64,000 nt of DNA, from positions 434,001 through 498,000 of the forward strand of contig VJWM01000173.1 in NCBI GenBank assembly GCA_010909165.1, written 5' to 3'. The notes beneath the pieces were generated by a model, which was not told where the DNA came from, did not search any database, and saw nothing but the letters and a program-made list of their open reading frames with translations. How positions within the stretch are numbered: the first letter of the stretch is position 1; the number at the start of each line of letters is the position of its first letter. The stretch is from Anthoceros angustus (Eukaryota > Plantae > Anthocerotophyta). Shown piece by piece: positions 23,377 through 35,828 of this stretch. Both the position numbers and the translations under genes were made by a program.

Positions 23377-26300
23377 TTAACGCTGGGGAGGCCTCTCCTC
23401 CCCAACAAAGAAGCTATGCACCAGTCCATCATTGTCTGTCCACCAACTCAGACCTGGCTGCTTCCATGCCTTGATTTTTGTTCTCCTTGCCTGCAAATCC
23501 TGTGCCCGATCCCACATCTGGGCGCCAAAGTATATGTTTGACATTAGCACATATGCGGCAGCATCTTTCCTGTCCAGCTTCAATGCTTCATTGAAAGCAT
23601 GGCATCCCACCTCCACATTATTCCACTTTTGACAAGCACCCAATAGAGTGTGCCAAATTGCAGCATTAGGTAGTACTGGCATTCTCCTTACTAAATCTAG
23701 CGCCTCATCCAGTTGTCCTGCACGCCCCAGGAGATCCACCATGCACGTGTAGTGATTCTCTGTGGGAGTGAGGCTGTGGAGTCTACCCATAGCCTCAAAG
23801 TACTCCCGTCCCTCGTTCACTAGACCCACATGACTGCAAGCTGTGAGTACACTGAGAAATGTGATGCTGTCAGGCTGCACGCCATACTCTTTCATACTCT
23901 CAACAAGGTGAAAGACTGTGTCACTGTCACCTTGACAGGTGTATCCCGCAATGAGTGCATTCCAGACAACAACATCTTGTTCAGGCAATGAATCAAACAC
24001 CTGTTGTGCATCAACCATGCTCCCGGACTTTCCATACATGTTTATCAAACTGCCAGCTACAAACAAATCGGCGTGAAGCCCTTGCTCTACAATCTGTGCA
24101 TGTAGCTGCGTTCCCAGATACAAGGCTGCCACATTTGCACATGCCTGTAGGAGGCACACAAATGTCATGGAATCAAGTGCACCCACGCTTCCTTCTTGCA
24201 TAACACTGTACAGACGGAGCGCTTCTTGTCCCATATCCTGCTGGGAATACCCTGCTATCATGGCACTCCACATTACCACATCTTTTCGACCAACTCCATC
24301 AAACACTCTCCGCCCGTCCTCCAAGCCGCCACACTTTGCATACATGTTCACCAAACTACTGGCTACACACATGTCAGCTTCAAGTCCTTGCTCTCTGATC
24401 AGTGTGTGCAGATGCTTTCCCTTCTCTAAAGCGGGGGTGCCCAAATTTGCACATGCCTGCAGGAGGCACACAAATGTCACGCAGTCAGGTGCAACTATGC
24501 TTTCCTCTTGCATTGCACTGTAGACGAAGGCTTCTGCCCCATGCCCTGCTGGGAATATCCTGCTATCATGGCATTCCATGTCACCACATCTTTTGACCAA
24601 GTCCATCAAACACTCTGAGCATCTTCCAAGCTGCCACACTTTGCATACATATTTACCAAACTGTTGGCTAAACAAATCAGCTTCATGTCCTCTTCTCTAA
24701 AGCGGGGGTGCCCAAATTTGCACATGCCTGCAGGAGGCACACAAATGTCACGCAGTCAGGTGCAACTATGCTTTCCTCTTGCATTGCACGGTAGGCATCA
24801 AGGGCTTCCTGCCCCATGCCTTTCTGGGAATATCCTGCTATCATGGCATTCCATGTCACCACATTCTTTTGACTCAGTCCATCAAATACTCTTTGAGCAT
24901 CTTCCACACTCCCACACTTTGAATACATATTTATCAAACTGTTGGCCACAAACAAATCACCTTCATGTCCTCTTCCTCTAATCTGAGTATGAAGCTGCTT
25001 CCCCGTCTCCAAAGCTGGGGTTCCTAGACTTGCACATGCCTGCAGGAGGCAAGCGAATGTCACAGAGTCGGGTGCAGCCATGCCATCTTCTTGCATAGCA
25101 TGATAGAGATAAAGGGCCTCTTGCCCCATGCCCTGCTGGGAATACCCTCCTATCATGGCATTCCATGTCACCACATCTTTCTGACCAAGTCCTTCGAACA
25201 CTCTCTGCGCATCTTCTAAGCTGCCACACTTGGCATACATGTTCACCAAACTGTTGGCTACAAACACATCAGCTTGATGTCCTTGTTCTCTGAATCTGCA
25301 TGAAGCTGCTTCCTTCTCCAAAGCCAGGTGCCCACACACACATGCCTGCAGGAGGCACAAATGTCACTGAATCAGGTACAGCCTTCTTCTTGCATAGCAC
25401 AGAAGAAAGGGCTTCACCCATGCCCTGCTGGGAATACCCTGCTATCATGGCATTCCACGTCACCACATCTTTTGACAAGTCCGTCAAACACACTCTGAGC
25501 ATCTTCCTGCCACACTTTGCATACATGTTCACCAAACTGTTGGCTACAAACATCAGCCTGTCCTCGTTCTCTAATCTTTTATGAAGCTGCTCCTCTCCAA
25601 AGCTGGGGTGCCCACACTTGCACATGCCTGCAGGAGGCAAACAAATGTCACAGAATCAGGTACATGCCTCTTCTTGCATGTGTACTGTAGAGGGCTTCCT
25701 GCCCCATGCCCTGCTGGGAATATCCTGCTATCATGGCATTCCACACCACATCCTTTTGAAAGTCCATCAAACACTGAGCATCTTCCAAGCTGCCACACTT
25801 TGCATACATGTTCACCAAACTGTTGGCTACAAACATCATCTTCCTGTCCTTGTTCTCTAATTTGCGCATGAAGCTGCTTCCTTCTCCAAAGCTGGGTGCC
25901 CACACTTGCACATGCCTGCAGGCACACAAATGTCACAGAATCAGGTACAGCACCCCTTCTTCTTGCATAGCACTGTAGATGAAGGGCTTGCCCCATGCCC
26001 TGCTGGGAATACCCTCCTATCATGGCATTCCATGTCACCACATCTTTCTGACCAAGTCCTTCGAACACTCTCTGCGCATCTTCTAAGCTGCCACACTTGG
26101 CATACATGTTCACCAAACTGTTGGCTACAAACACATCCCATTGATGTCCTTGTTCTCTGATCTGCAAATGAAGCTGCCTCCCCGTCTCCACAGCCAGGGT
26201 GCCCACATTTCCACATGCCTGTAAGAGGCACACAAAGGTCACTGAATCAAGTACAGCTTTAACTTCTTCTTGCATAACACTGTAAAGATGGAGGGCCTGC

Positions 26301-28546
26301 TGCCCCATACCCTGCTGAGAATACCCTGCTATCATGGCATTCCACATCACCACATCTTTTTTATCAACTCCGTCGAACACACTTTGAGCGTCCTTCAAGC
26401 TGCCACACTTTGCATACATGTTCACCAAACTGCTGGCTACAAACACATCGGCGTCCTGTCCTCGTTCTCTAATCTGCATATGAAGCTGCTTCCCCATCTC
26501 TAAGCCTGGGGTGCCCACACTCGCACATGCCTGCAGGAGACAAACAAATGTCACAGAATCAGGTACAGCCACGCCCTCTTCTTGCATGGTACTGTAGAGT
26601 CGAAGAGCTTCCTGCCCCATACCCTGCTGCGAATACCCTGCTATCATGGCATTCCACATCACTGCATCCTTTTGATGCAGTCCGTCAAAAATCCTACGAG
26701 CGTCTTCCAAGCTGCCACACTTTGCATACATGTTCATTAAACTGTTGGCTACAAACACATCTTCCTGCCCTTGCTCTGTGATTTGCGCATGAAGATGCCT
26801 CCCCTTCTCCAACGCCGGGGTGCCCACACTTGCACATGCCTGGAGCAGGCACACAAAAGTCACAGAATCAGGTACAGCGACCCCTTCTGTTTGCATAGCA
26901 CTGTAGAGCCGAAGTGCTTCTTGCCCCATGCCCTGCTGGGAATACCCTGCTATCATGGCATTCCACGTCACTGCATTTTTTTGACCAAGTATGTCAAATA
27001 TCCTCTGTGCATCTTCCAAGCTGCCACACTTTGCGTACATGTTCATCAAACTGCTGGCTACATACACATCAGCTTGCAGTCCTTGTTCTCCAATCTGCAC
27101 GTGAAGCTGCCTGCCCTGCTCCAATGCCTGGCTGCCCAGGCTTGCACATGCCTGCAGGAGGCACACAAATGTCACGGAATTGGGCACTGCCTTGCCTTCC
27201 TCTTGCATAGCACTGTAGAGATGAAGGGCTTCCTGACCCCTGCCCTCCTGGGAATAGCCTGCTATCATGGCATTCCACGTCACCACATCTTTTTGACCAA
27301 ATCCATCAAAGACTCTCTGAGCGTCTTCCAAGCTCCCACACTTCGCATACATGTTCACCAAACTGCTGGCAACAAACACATGAACATCATGTCCTCGTCC
27401 TCTAATCTGCGCATGAACCTGCCTCCCCTTCTCCAAAGCCGAGGTGCCCAAACTTGCACATGCCTGCAGGACAGACGCAAATGTCACAGAATTGGGTATA
27501 GCCTTGCCTTCTTCTAGCATAGCACCGTACAGGTGAAGGGCTTGGTCCCCCATGCCCTGCTGGGAATACCCTGCTATCATGGCATTCCACGTCACCACAT
27601 CTCTTTCACCAAGTCCGTCAAAAACCCTCTGAGCATCTTCCAAGCTGCCACACTTGGCATACATGTCCACCAAGCAGCTAGAGACAAACAAATTCGGCTC
27701 CACACCACTGGCCAGCACATCCGCGTGCACCTGCTGCCCGGACTTCAAGTCTGACCCCCTTGCACAAGCCTGAAGAGCTGCCACAAACACATGGCCATCC
27801 GGCGTCACACCGCACGTTCGCATCCGATGATACAATTCCATGGCCTGCCTGTCCTGTCCCTGTTTAACATGCGCAGAAATTATCCCAGACCACGTAAAGG
27901 CATCGGGTTCCACGACGGCGTCAAACACGTCCATCGCCTCTTGCAACCTGCCATGAGAAGCATACATTCTAAGGATGTGGAAGCCCAGGAAAGTGTCCGA
28001 ATGGTACCCCTTTCGCACCGTGGCAGCATGAACGCGGGTTCCCAAAGCAAGATCCTTCCTGGCTACACACTTCTTCAAAACAGCATAAACGAGGGATTTG
28101 GAAACACAACGGTCTGTCTGCAACAAAGCCTCCAAGACCTCGACAGCATCACGGATTTGGCCGTCCTGAATGAGCTTCCTCACGGTTTCAGCTGTTACTC
28201 CCCTACCGTCACCTCCAAGCCTGCGAGGGTGAGGATAGTCGTGGAGGTTCCTGTCGGAGACACAACGACCCATCCCCACATCCACATCCACAGGAGCAAG
28301 CGGTGGCTTGTACAAGTTGTTTAACCAGAGGACCTCTTGAGACTGCCTGTGCCGCCGGAGGTCAGGCGGCCGGAGGCTCTTGTCAGTTTGCCACAAATCC
28401 TCCTGGCGACGGCCCGCGCTGGAAGCCAACCATCCTCTGGGACGGGCTCCCTGTCTTGCAAAGGTGCTGCACTTCCCGACCTGGTTGTGCGCCCTTCCTA
28501 CCATCCCCGGAACTCCACCAGCCATGCTCCAAAGCGAACGCGCCAA
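23377..28546 (-). CDS. PLS-class pentatricopeptide repeat protein with E1/E2 and a PG/WW box but no DYW deaminase (organellar RNA-editing specificity factor); frameshifted between about 24500 and 26000
   Basis: About 14 P-L-S triplets with a ~312 nt period (DVVTWNAMIAGYSQQG / DSVTFVCLLQACAS / DVFVANSLVNMYAKCG); P2-L2-S2 (TFLSVLTACSHVGLV, HYTCMVDLLGRAG); E domain (IWHTLLGAC, YVLMSNIY); ends KQPGLSWWTDNDGLVHSFFVGEERPPQR*. The N-terminus looks like a transit peptide. No introns. Confidence 0.95.
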
Positions 28547-28989
28547 GGTGGAGCTGCTCCTGGTGCTACGTGGAGTCCAATTCCACTGCTAACTCTGGTC
28601 CGTGCCAGAATTCCTTCGAAATCCGCCGCTTCTCTGATGCCGACATTGCGTTCCAGCTCTTGTTCACGCTGACGCACCTGAGTTGCCGCTCTTGGAAGAT
28701 CGTGACAATTGGGAAGCCGAGTCCCACCAGCAAATCCACGAGTGTTTCGTCACCAGAAAGGATTCGAGCCTAAGTTTACACACGTTTCATTGGCATCATT
28801 TAAGTCATATAGCTAAGCTGATTCTCGTTACCACTTAAGTCATCTAGAGAATCCTCCTTTATCTTCGGAACGTGGTATATTATCTAGCTGTAACTTAACT
28901 AGTTTATTCTGCATCGGTTAAGGCTTTAGTTTAGTTTTAATCTCCGAAGATTTTCATCGCATCTAAATAAGCTATTCCAGTACCATTCG

Positions 28990-29618
28990 AGTCATCTGTC
29001 CTTAGTTTTTCTCTCACATCTTTGGCCCCATGGACAAGGTCAACGAGGCATTTGAGTTATTCTCATATGAGCTCTCATTGCTCGGATTGAGGGTCAAGCT
29101 TTTTAGACAAGGCCTTGGGGGATGACCTTTCCCACATCGAAGACTTTCCTTTGCTAGAGGATCACATGTGGTTTTTGGCATTCTCTCCTCATGCTTTGCC
29201 AAACGCCCATGTTACCTTATCCGCACATTATCTCCGCCTTGGTCCTTTTCTCACATAAAAGAGTTTGACAAGAAGATTATGAATGTCTTGGGAGACATCC
29301 TAGGCCTAGGGGCTTTTGAGTGTCCAGTAGACAATTTGGCACATTGGCAAGCATCCTTGCTAGTGGCTTGCAGCAGAATAGGTTTGGTTTCCATGGAGGA
29401 ATCCTCGCCTACGGCGTTTTTAGGCAGCTGGGCTTTATCTACCACTGCTTTGGCCTCCATTTCTTGCTTCATGACAAGGCCTTTTTGGAGGACTTCGAAT
29501 TAGGAGTTGAAGAGGGAACTCTCCCTCTTCAAGTGTCCCTTAAGCAAGTTAGGGACTTGTTATCAGCGGAAGCAAGGTTACTCTTGCCTCCTTTCATGAC
29601 CTTCCTCATCGACAATTT
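28990..29618 (+). pseudogene. Non-LTR retrotransposon fragment (CRE/RLE-type post-RT region)
   Basis: ILSSCFAKRPCYLIRTL...FDKKIM...WQASLLVACSRIGL...PTAFLGSW fits the CRE-like pattern YLLRT...QASLP..GGLGL...A.L.SW. Confidence 0.6.
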
Positions 29619-31949
29619 CAGGGGAAACATGATAATTTTTGAAGGGGGGGAATATAGTAACCCCCTTTGGTGGAGACAGCACCCCCTTGTCACGATGTAC
29701 ACCCTTCCTGCAACAGCATATCTGCCCTACTTTGATAATGCGCACACCCTTTCTGAGCCCATACCTTTGATAAAAGACGCACTTTCAAGTCTACACTCCA
29801 GAACTAGAGCACAGTAGGGTGTGGGCCCATCTGCGTTTTAGTAGAATGCATAGAGGGCTACCATTTTCATATGTTTATTACAACCGAAAACTTTTACTTT
29901 CAAGTGGTGGAACACAATGAAAACAATCCTGTATTAGCGGGAGTCTTATTTCAGTAGTCGTGAGAAAATTTCAACAAACAACTGCTAAAGGAGGAAGTGG
30001 TCATCAGCAGCGACAATAGTCATTCAAGAGTAGCGACTTGTCTATGCCGTATCTTGAGTCAAGGACCACCATCAAATTCAGTGGTCCATATCCTCTGCAA
30101 AGTCATCATTCTCCTCCAATGCTTACTCGTATTCATTAGTATAATTCTTGGGCTGAGCTTCGGACGGTGTCGACTGCCACACAACATTTAGGGTCTGCTG
30201 ACCCTCATCCAAAAGCTCACCAATCGTGGTCTTCAACCTTCTGGCACTCAATGCAACCACTTGGGCTTTAAGGCAATGCCAGCGTCGTTAAAATGAACAA
30301 AGTTGGTTGCCCATGCGCCCATGCAAGCGTCCTTAAAATCAACAAAGTTGAATTATCAAGAAGATGTAGGATTCGAATTCTAAACCTCCTCATTACTACA
30401 CCTTTTCCCCACCCACTTGAGCAACATTTCCAAGTTATAAGCCTTTTGAGCCGCTAAGAATTCATTTTCTTCAGGATCCCTATGAAGAGCCCATGGGGAG
30501 GCGCCTACGCCCATGGCGTGGTGGCGTGTTGGAGGAGGCGTCCGGCACGCCCATGGCGGCAGCTAGGAGGGCGCCGGGCCGGCGCCCATGGGTAGGGCAG
30601 GTGAGGGGAGCTGGCACCGGGCGCCATGGGCAAGGCAAGGCGTTTGGGGGAGCGCCGGCGCCCATGGGTGAGGTGTGTTAGGAGGCGGCCGGCCAGCCCA
30701 TGAGACAGGGAGGCGCCTGGCTGGCGCCTCCTGCACCACCAGGCGGGTGGAGCTAGGGGGATAAGAAGGAACAGTATCCTATCACCGTGGAAGGTGTGGC
30801 CCATTTGCGGGGAAGGGTTAAAGATTTGCGTCCATAGGTGATACCAAGAGTACAAGTGGTGGGAAGCCTTTTGGGTGGACCGGAAGGAGATTGTTATCAT
30901 TGTGGAGAATAACATTGGGCTAGTGCTAGCGTCCTTGGAAGTGGTTTTCACGTGCGAAGTGGATCATACAGCCTGACCACTTCAAGTGCCCGATGAAGCT
31001 TTGTTGGATGAGGCATTATTGAGGACCTCCACGTGTACTTGGGAGGATATCAAAATGCAAGGCAATGATGAGAATGACGTGGATGAATGGAGACATAATG
31101 GAACCGGAAGGATATTTACGGCGTGCACTATGGACACGCACAGCCATTACGGATTGGGAGAGTCATTGACGGAAGCTAGATGCACCACGACCTCACTTTC
31201 TTATCCATCGGTATCGGATCGAGCACGATGCGTGAAGGAGATATGTGTAGGAATACATAGTCCGTCAGTGCTAACCCATACGTGATGTCGAGGAAAAAGG
31301 GAATAAGGTCCATTACTCAAAAACATCAGAGGTGTTTTGGAATGAACACCCATCTTGTATTATGGGTTTGTGTTGAGCATGCGGAAACATGTGTATGCGT
31401 GGACAAAAAGCGATAAGGATAAGCTCATGCGAGTTGCGCGCTTCACTGCGAGTCAAAGTGTCACCAAGATAGTGATGACAATCTTTGGAGAAGGACCAAG
31501 TGATGATGAAGGATTGAACTCTGGTCATGAGTGAAACTGAAATCACGGTTTGTCCCGGGGTCCCAGAGTGAATGTTGTACGTCTGGTTCCAGATGTTACT
31601 ATATTTTGGAAATACCCTGTCCGTGGCTTTTATTGTGTCCTTACTAAACCACATTTTCCTCTCAAAACTGAATTTACAGTCGTCCCTTCCCGGAAGGAAC
31701 GACCTTTCTTACCATTCCTACTTTGCATTAATCCCATAGGTTCGAGTTTACGACCACCATTCGATAGAAACATTGCTCGATGGAAAGTAGGAACTTTAGT
31801 GGGTGACACCCTTTTTTTCGGAGATGTTTTCTGGAATGCCTTAAAAACGCTGTTTTAGGGTCCATCAAAAACCCCCTTCAGAGATTATTTACGAAAAACC
31901 CCCTTCGAGATTATTCACCCCCTTCAAAAATTATGATGTTGGCACCTTG
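29619..31949. mobile_element. Segment bounded by ~35 bp terminal inverted repeats (hAT-like, non-autonomous or decayed)
   Basis: caggggaaacatgataatttttgaagggggggaata (29619-29654) versus the reverse complement of 31911-31949, caaggtgccaacatcataatttttgaagggggtgaataa. No matching TSD found. Confidence 0.55.
30488..30730. repeat. Cluster of gcccatgg / aggcgcc motifs (transposon subterminal-type repeats)
   Basis: About 7 (g)cccatg(g) motifs and several ggcgcc motifs in 240 bp. Confidence 0.65.
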
Positions 31950-32399
31950 CAAGCATCCTTGCTCAACAAACAACCTAGCCAAGCTTTCCAATCCATCCTT
32001 TTGGACCCTTCTATACCAAGGAGCTCTATTCCAAGGAGCCCATCTTCGCTCTTCATTTTGTAAAGGCTGGGAGCTGTGCTTCGTCGTACATACAGGGGAC
32101 TTCACGCCAGCCTTTAACCTTCACTACTCTGGCGATGCTTGCATTGAGCTCGATTCTGGTGGCTTCCTGCCTTCTTACCATGAATGCTTTGCCTGCAACA
32201 CGTATGGGACGCATCTTGCTCGTTGTCTCGATGGGGGCTAATGTATTGGCATTCATGATGTCATTTGTGATGTTATATTTGCAATGGCTCGTGAAAGTGG
32301 TTATAATATCACTTCGACGGAGTGTTAGTATACTTTACGTGTAGGTCAGACGGTCAGGGCCAACTTGTCCAGGGTGACCAAGTCTTGGTGGCAGACGTA

Positions 32400-32620
32400 C
32401 AAGGTGGTTACAGACCCTACACAGGAATCCACCTATGATCAGGTTATCCTAGATTGTCCAGGTTGGGTGGCAACTGCAGGGGCGGCTTCCAAGGTTACTA
32501 AGTATAGGGGAATGTAGGTTGGCCACCTCTTCATTCGGCCGCTTGCCTTGGAGAGTTATGGGGTGATGGCTAAAGACTTTAATAAATTTATCAAGTCCTG
32601 TGCCAAAGCATAACATGGAA
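32400..32620 (+). pseudogene. Restriction-like endonuclease (RLE) C-terminus of the CRE-like non-LTR element
   Basis: DPTQES...GWVATAGAASKVTKYRGM*VGHLFIRPLALESYGVMAKDFNKFIKSCA fits the RLE pattern D...A..K..KY....F.PLA.E.YG. Confidence 0.7.
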
Positions 32621-33444
32621 GGAGATTTGGTTATCCTACAAAGAGGGAAGTTTTGGATTCATCAAAGCAACATAGCAAAATGGTTGGATTATGTTCACTT
32701 GCCCGGAGATTTTGAGTCATCCTATAGAAAAATAAGTTTTGACTAGATATATGAGTTTATAGTTAAGCAGGAGGTGCATGTGGAAATTCTTTCTCTGCTA
32801 GCACGAAAAGAAAGCTTATTCATAAGAGCCAATTGGCCGCTAGGGCCTTAGTTCACCTAGTTTCGTTTAACTAAAGCACCTATACGTCTAGTTCCTGCAA
32901 ATCGCTCCAGTTTACCCAGGCGTTCTGCCCTCCCTCGTGCGCGAGATTACTTCTTTGTAACAATAACAATAATAGCGGACAGCCGGTTGTGTACTACATT
33001 ACACATGCGCCAAAGACGGAGTTCTAGATTTTCTACCAGAGACTGAGTTCTAGATTTTCGCTGTGCCTTTGGAAATGAAGAAAACATAAAGGCGAAAATT
33101 TTCAACATATCATAAGAAGTGTCCACAACTTCAGAGATTAACCCCAAAATACCTCCAAAAACTTTTCATTAATTTTATATTTTAGTTTTCCCTATTCAAG
33201 ATTCGTTTTTTGTTTCATCAAGCAAAAAAGCACCAAAAAGAATTCTTATAATGAAAGGCGCCCAATTCTGTATTCCAAAACATGTGCATCCTCATGACAA
33301 TTAGTGGTAAGTTCATAAGATAGAAGAATGCCAAATCGAACTTGGATTGAAACAATTCTTCAAGACAAAGTACTTGATATGCTTGCTACCTATTACCTCC
33401 ATGCAACAGAACAATGCGAGCTAAAAGACTTTGCATCCATATGA

Positions 33445-33986
33445 CTACAAATCTTCTAAGTCTTCGTCATCTTCCTCACTTTCCTCATCTTCCTCATCTT
33501 CCTCCTCTTCCTCGTCTGTAAAAGGATCACCACACTCAGCTCCGAGATGTGTTGGAAGTTGAAGAACAATCTTGTTGTTGGCACTAGGATCTCTGAAAGA
33601 AATAATGCGATATTTTGAAGTGTGTGCCCAATATATAGTGCATGTCAATTTCTTGACTGTACACTCATCTGCTTGATGATTGATCAATGTAGTAGGGACT
33701 AATTCAAAGTTCATCTGTACAACAAGATGATTTCTGTTATCCTCTCGGGCACCTGATACCATTATGGTAAGAACTAAATCAAATTTTACCTGTACGGTAG
33801 GAATTCTTTCTTTGATCATTTTGACTAGGCTTTGTGCATCTTCCACAGCACAACCAAGTGCACATACTACCACAGTGGAAAAAACAGATCGTAAAAGATG
33901 GTCTTCAGCATTATTCGCCTTCCTTTCGAATGCAGCTTCAGAACAACCTGATGTCACCCGGATCTCCAAATTATGCTCATTCATGA
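33445..33986 (-). CDS. Terminal exon of an unidentified gene; 179 aa with an acidic tail
   Basis: Clean 540 nt ORF in AT-rich DNA, preceded by the acceptor ttttattttgcag; ends DEEEEEDEEDEESEEDDEDLEDL*. Family not recognised. Confidence 0.55.
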
Positions 33987-34438
33987 CTGCAAAATAAAAT
34001 TAGAATTAGTTACACTCAGAAGCTAATGGAAAAAAAAAAAAAACCCAACAGTTACATAACAGAAGATAGTAAAAACATTTCTCAGGTATATACTTAAAGA
34101 ATGAGTGATGTTGAGCTCTCAATTTTACATGCGGTAGAATTCTTTCTTTGATCATTTTGACTAGGCTTTGTGCATCTTCCATGCAACCAAGTGCACATAC
34201 TACCACAAGTGGAAAAACAGATCGTAAAGATGGTCTTGACATTATTCGCCTTCCTTTCGAATGCAAACCCGAACAACTGATGTCACCGGATCTCAAATTA
34301 TGCTCATTCATGACCTGCAAAATAAAATTAGTTTTCGAGCTAATGGAAAAAAAAACCCATGATTACATAACAGAAGATAGTAAAAACATTTCTCAGGTAT
34401 ATACTTAAAGAATGAGTGATGTTGAGCTCTCAATTTTC
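33782..34438. repeat. Tandem duplication (~320-340 bp) of the exon's 5' part and the preceding intron
   Basis: 33795-34125 is repeated, with indels, at 34132-34436. Confidence 0.9.
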
Positions 34439-34705
34439 CATTCTGTACACAGGTGCTACATATATAGTGTTTAAATATTCAACAGCAAGTTAACCATAGA
34501 TAAGTTCTCGCTCATGGATTTTTAAAACTATCATTAATAGATGATTAAAAATTTATGGTATTTTTCATGTTCGCTTTGAAAATAATCACTACTGAGTTCC
34601 TATATCAAATGTTTAAATTAGTCAAAGCTATTTAAAAGATGTAGGTCACTTTGTTTGAAGCCGAAATATTGATATGGGGGCTCGACCATTGTACAGAAAG
34701 AAGTG

Positions 34706-34900
34706 ACAAAGTATGGTATATATGCTTAATAAGGGTCCATTGTTTACATGAATTGTAGGGACAAAGTATGGTATATATGCTTGATAAGGGTCCATTGTTT
34801 ACATGAATTGTAGTGAAAAAAGTATGGTATATATGCTTGATAAGGGTCCATTGTTTACATGAATTGTATATCAAGGGTCCATTGTTTACATGAATTGTAT
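34706..34900. repeat. ~55 bp minisatellite, 3.5 copies
   Basis: aaagtatggtatatatgctt(a/g)ataagggtccattgtttacatgaattgta. Confidence 0.95.
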
Positions 34901-35229
34901 TGATCCGCTTACCAATATTGCATATTTTTCTTCCATAAACTGGTCCGACTAAATTATATTTAAAAATATTTTATCTATGGTCATTGAACACGTCGAACTC
35001 GTATTCAGTCCCTTGTAGTTTAGTCTCATGACATCACCTGTCCCTACTAGACTTTAATAAATTGTGATCTTCTTCTAGTTTTAGTCAAATTATAACTCAA
35101 TTTTACTCTCTTCACCATAGATCCATGACTTAAAAAACCCTTCTAGTTATAGTTTTGATGGTTACGAGGGTTGATCCTTTTGAACCAAAAGGAATCCGTA
35201 GTATAAATTGAAGTGTTGAAGGATCACTA

Positions 35230-35510
35230 AAGAATGCCTTGAGATATGAAACCAAATCCTTATACGGTATAGGAAAGGCCTTGAAACTAAACTACGGTAC
35301 AGGATTGTTATATGTGAAAGGCCTTGAAACTAATATGATGAAATACAAAACTGAATAGTTACACAAATCACAAAAGAATGCCTTGAGATATGAAACCAAG
35401 GCTTTATGCGGTATAGGAAAGGCCTTGAAACTAAACTAAGGAGCCGGATCGTTATATGTAAAAGACCTTGAAACTAAACTAATGAAATACATAACCAAAT
35501 AGTTACACAC
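35230..35510. repeat. ~144 bp tandem duplication with an internal aaggccttgaaacta sub-repeat
   Basis: aagaatgccttgagatatgaaaccaa...ggtataggaaaggccttgaaactaaacta at 35231 and 35375. Confidence 0.9.
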
Positions 35511-35828
35511 ATGGAACGTCATAACCAATCATGCATGGGGACGAATATGAAAGCACAAGAGTTCTATAAGTAGTTATTAAATGTATACAGATATATTTCA
35601 TACAAATCTTGAATATACATGTATAGATAATCATAATAACAAGTTTTAAAAATATACTTATGGAATGGCCAAATCTAATGTTGGAATGCTTCTACATTAA
35701 ACTCAAGATTCAACTCTAATTTAGATTCTATGACACTCACACAATGTTATGCATTGTAAAGTACACCCTCTCTTTATATAACACATATCTCATCCATTGT
35801 GCAAGCCTACCTAACTTGTAACCATTTC

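Noticed and set aside
24500-26000. PPR gene as a pseudogene or as several genes
   Set aside because: Indels are confined to the most repetitive part and both ends are clean, which suggests polishing error in one gene. This remains unresolved without reads.
34706-34900. 55 bp repeat as a CRISPR array
   Set aside because: Plain minisatellite without spacers.
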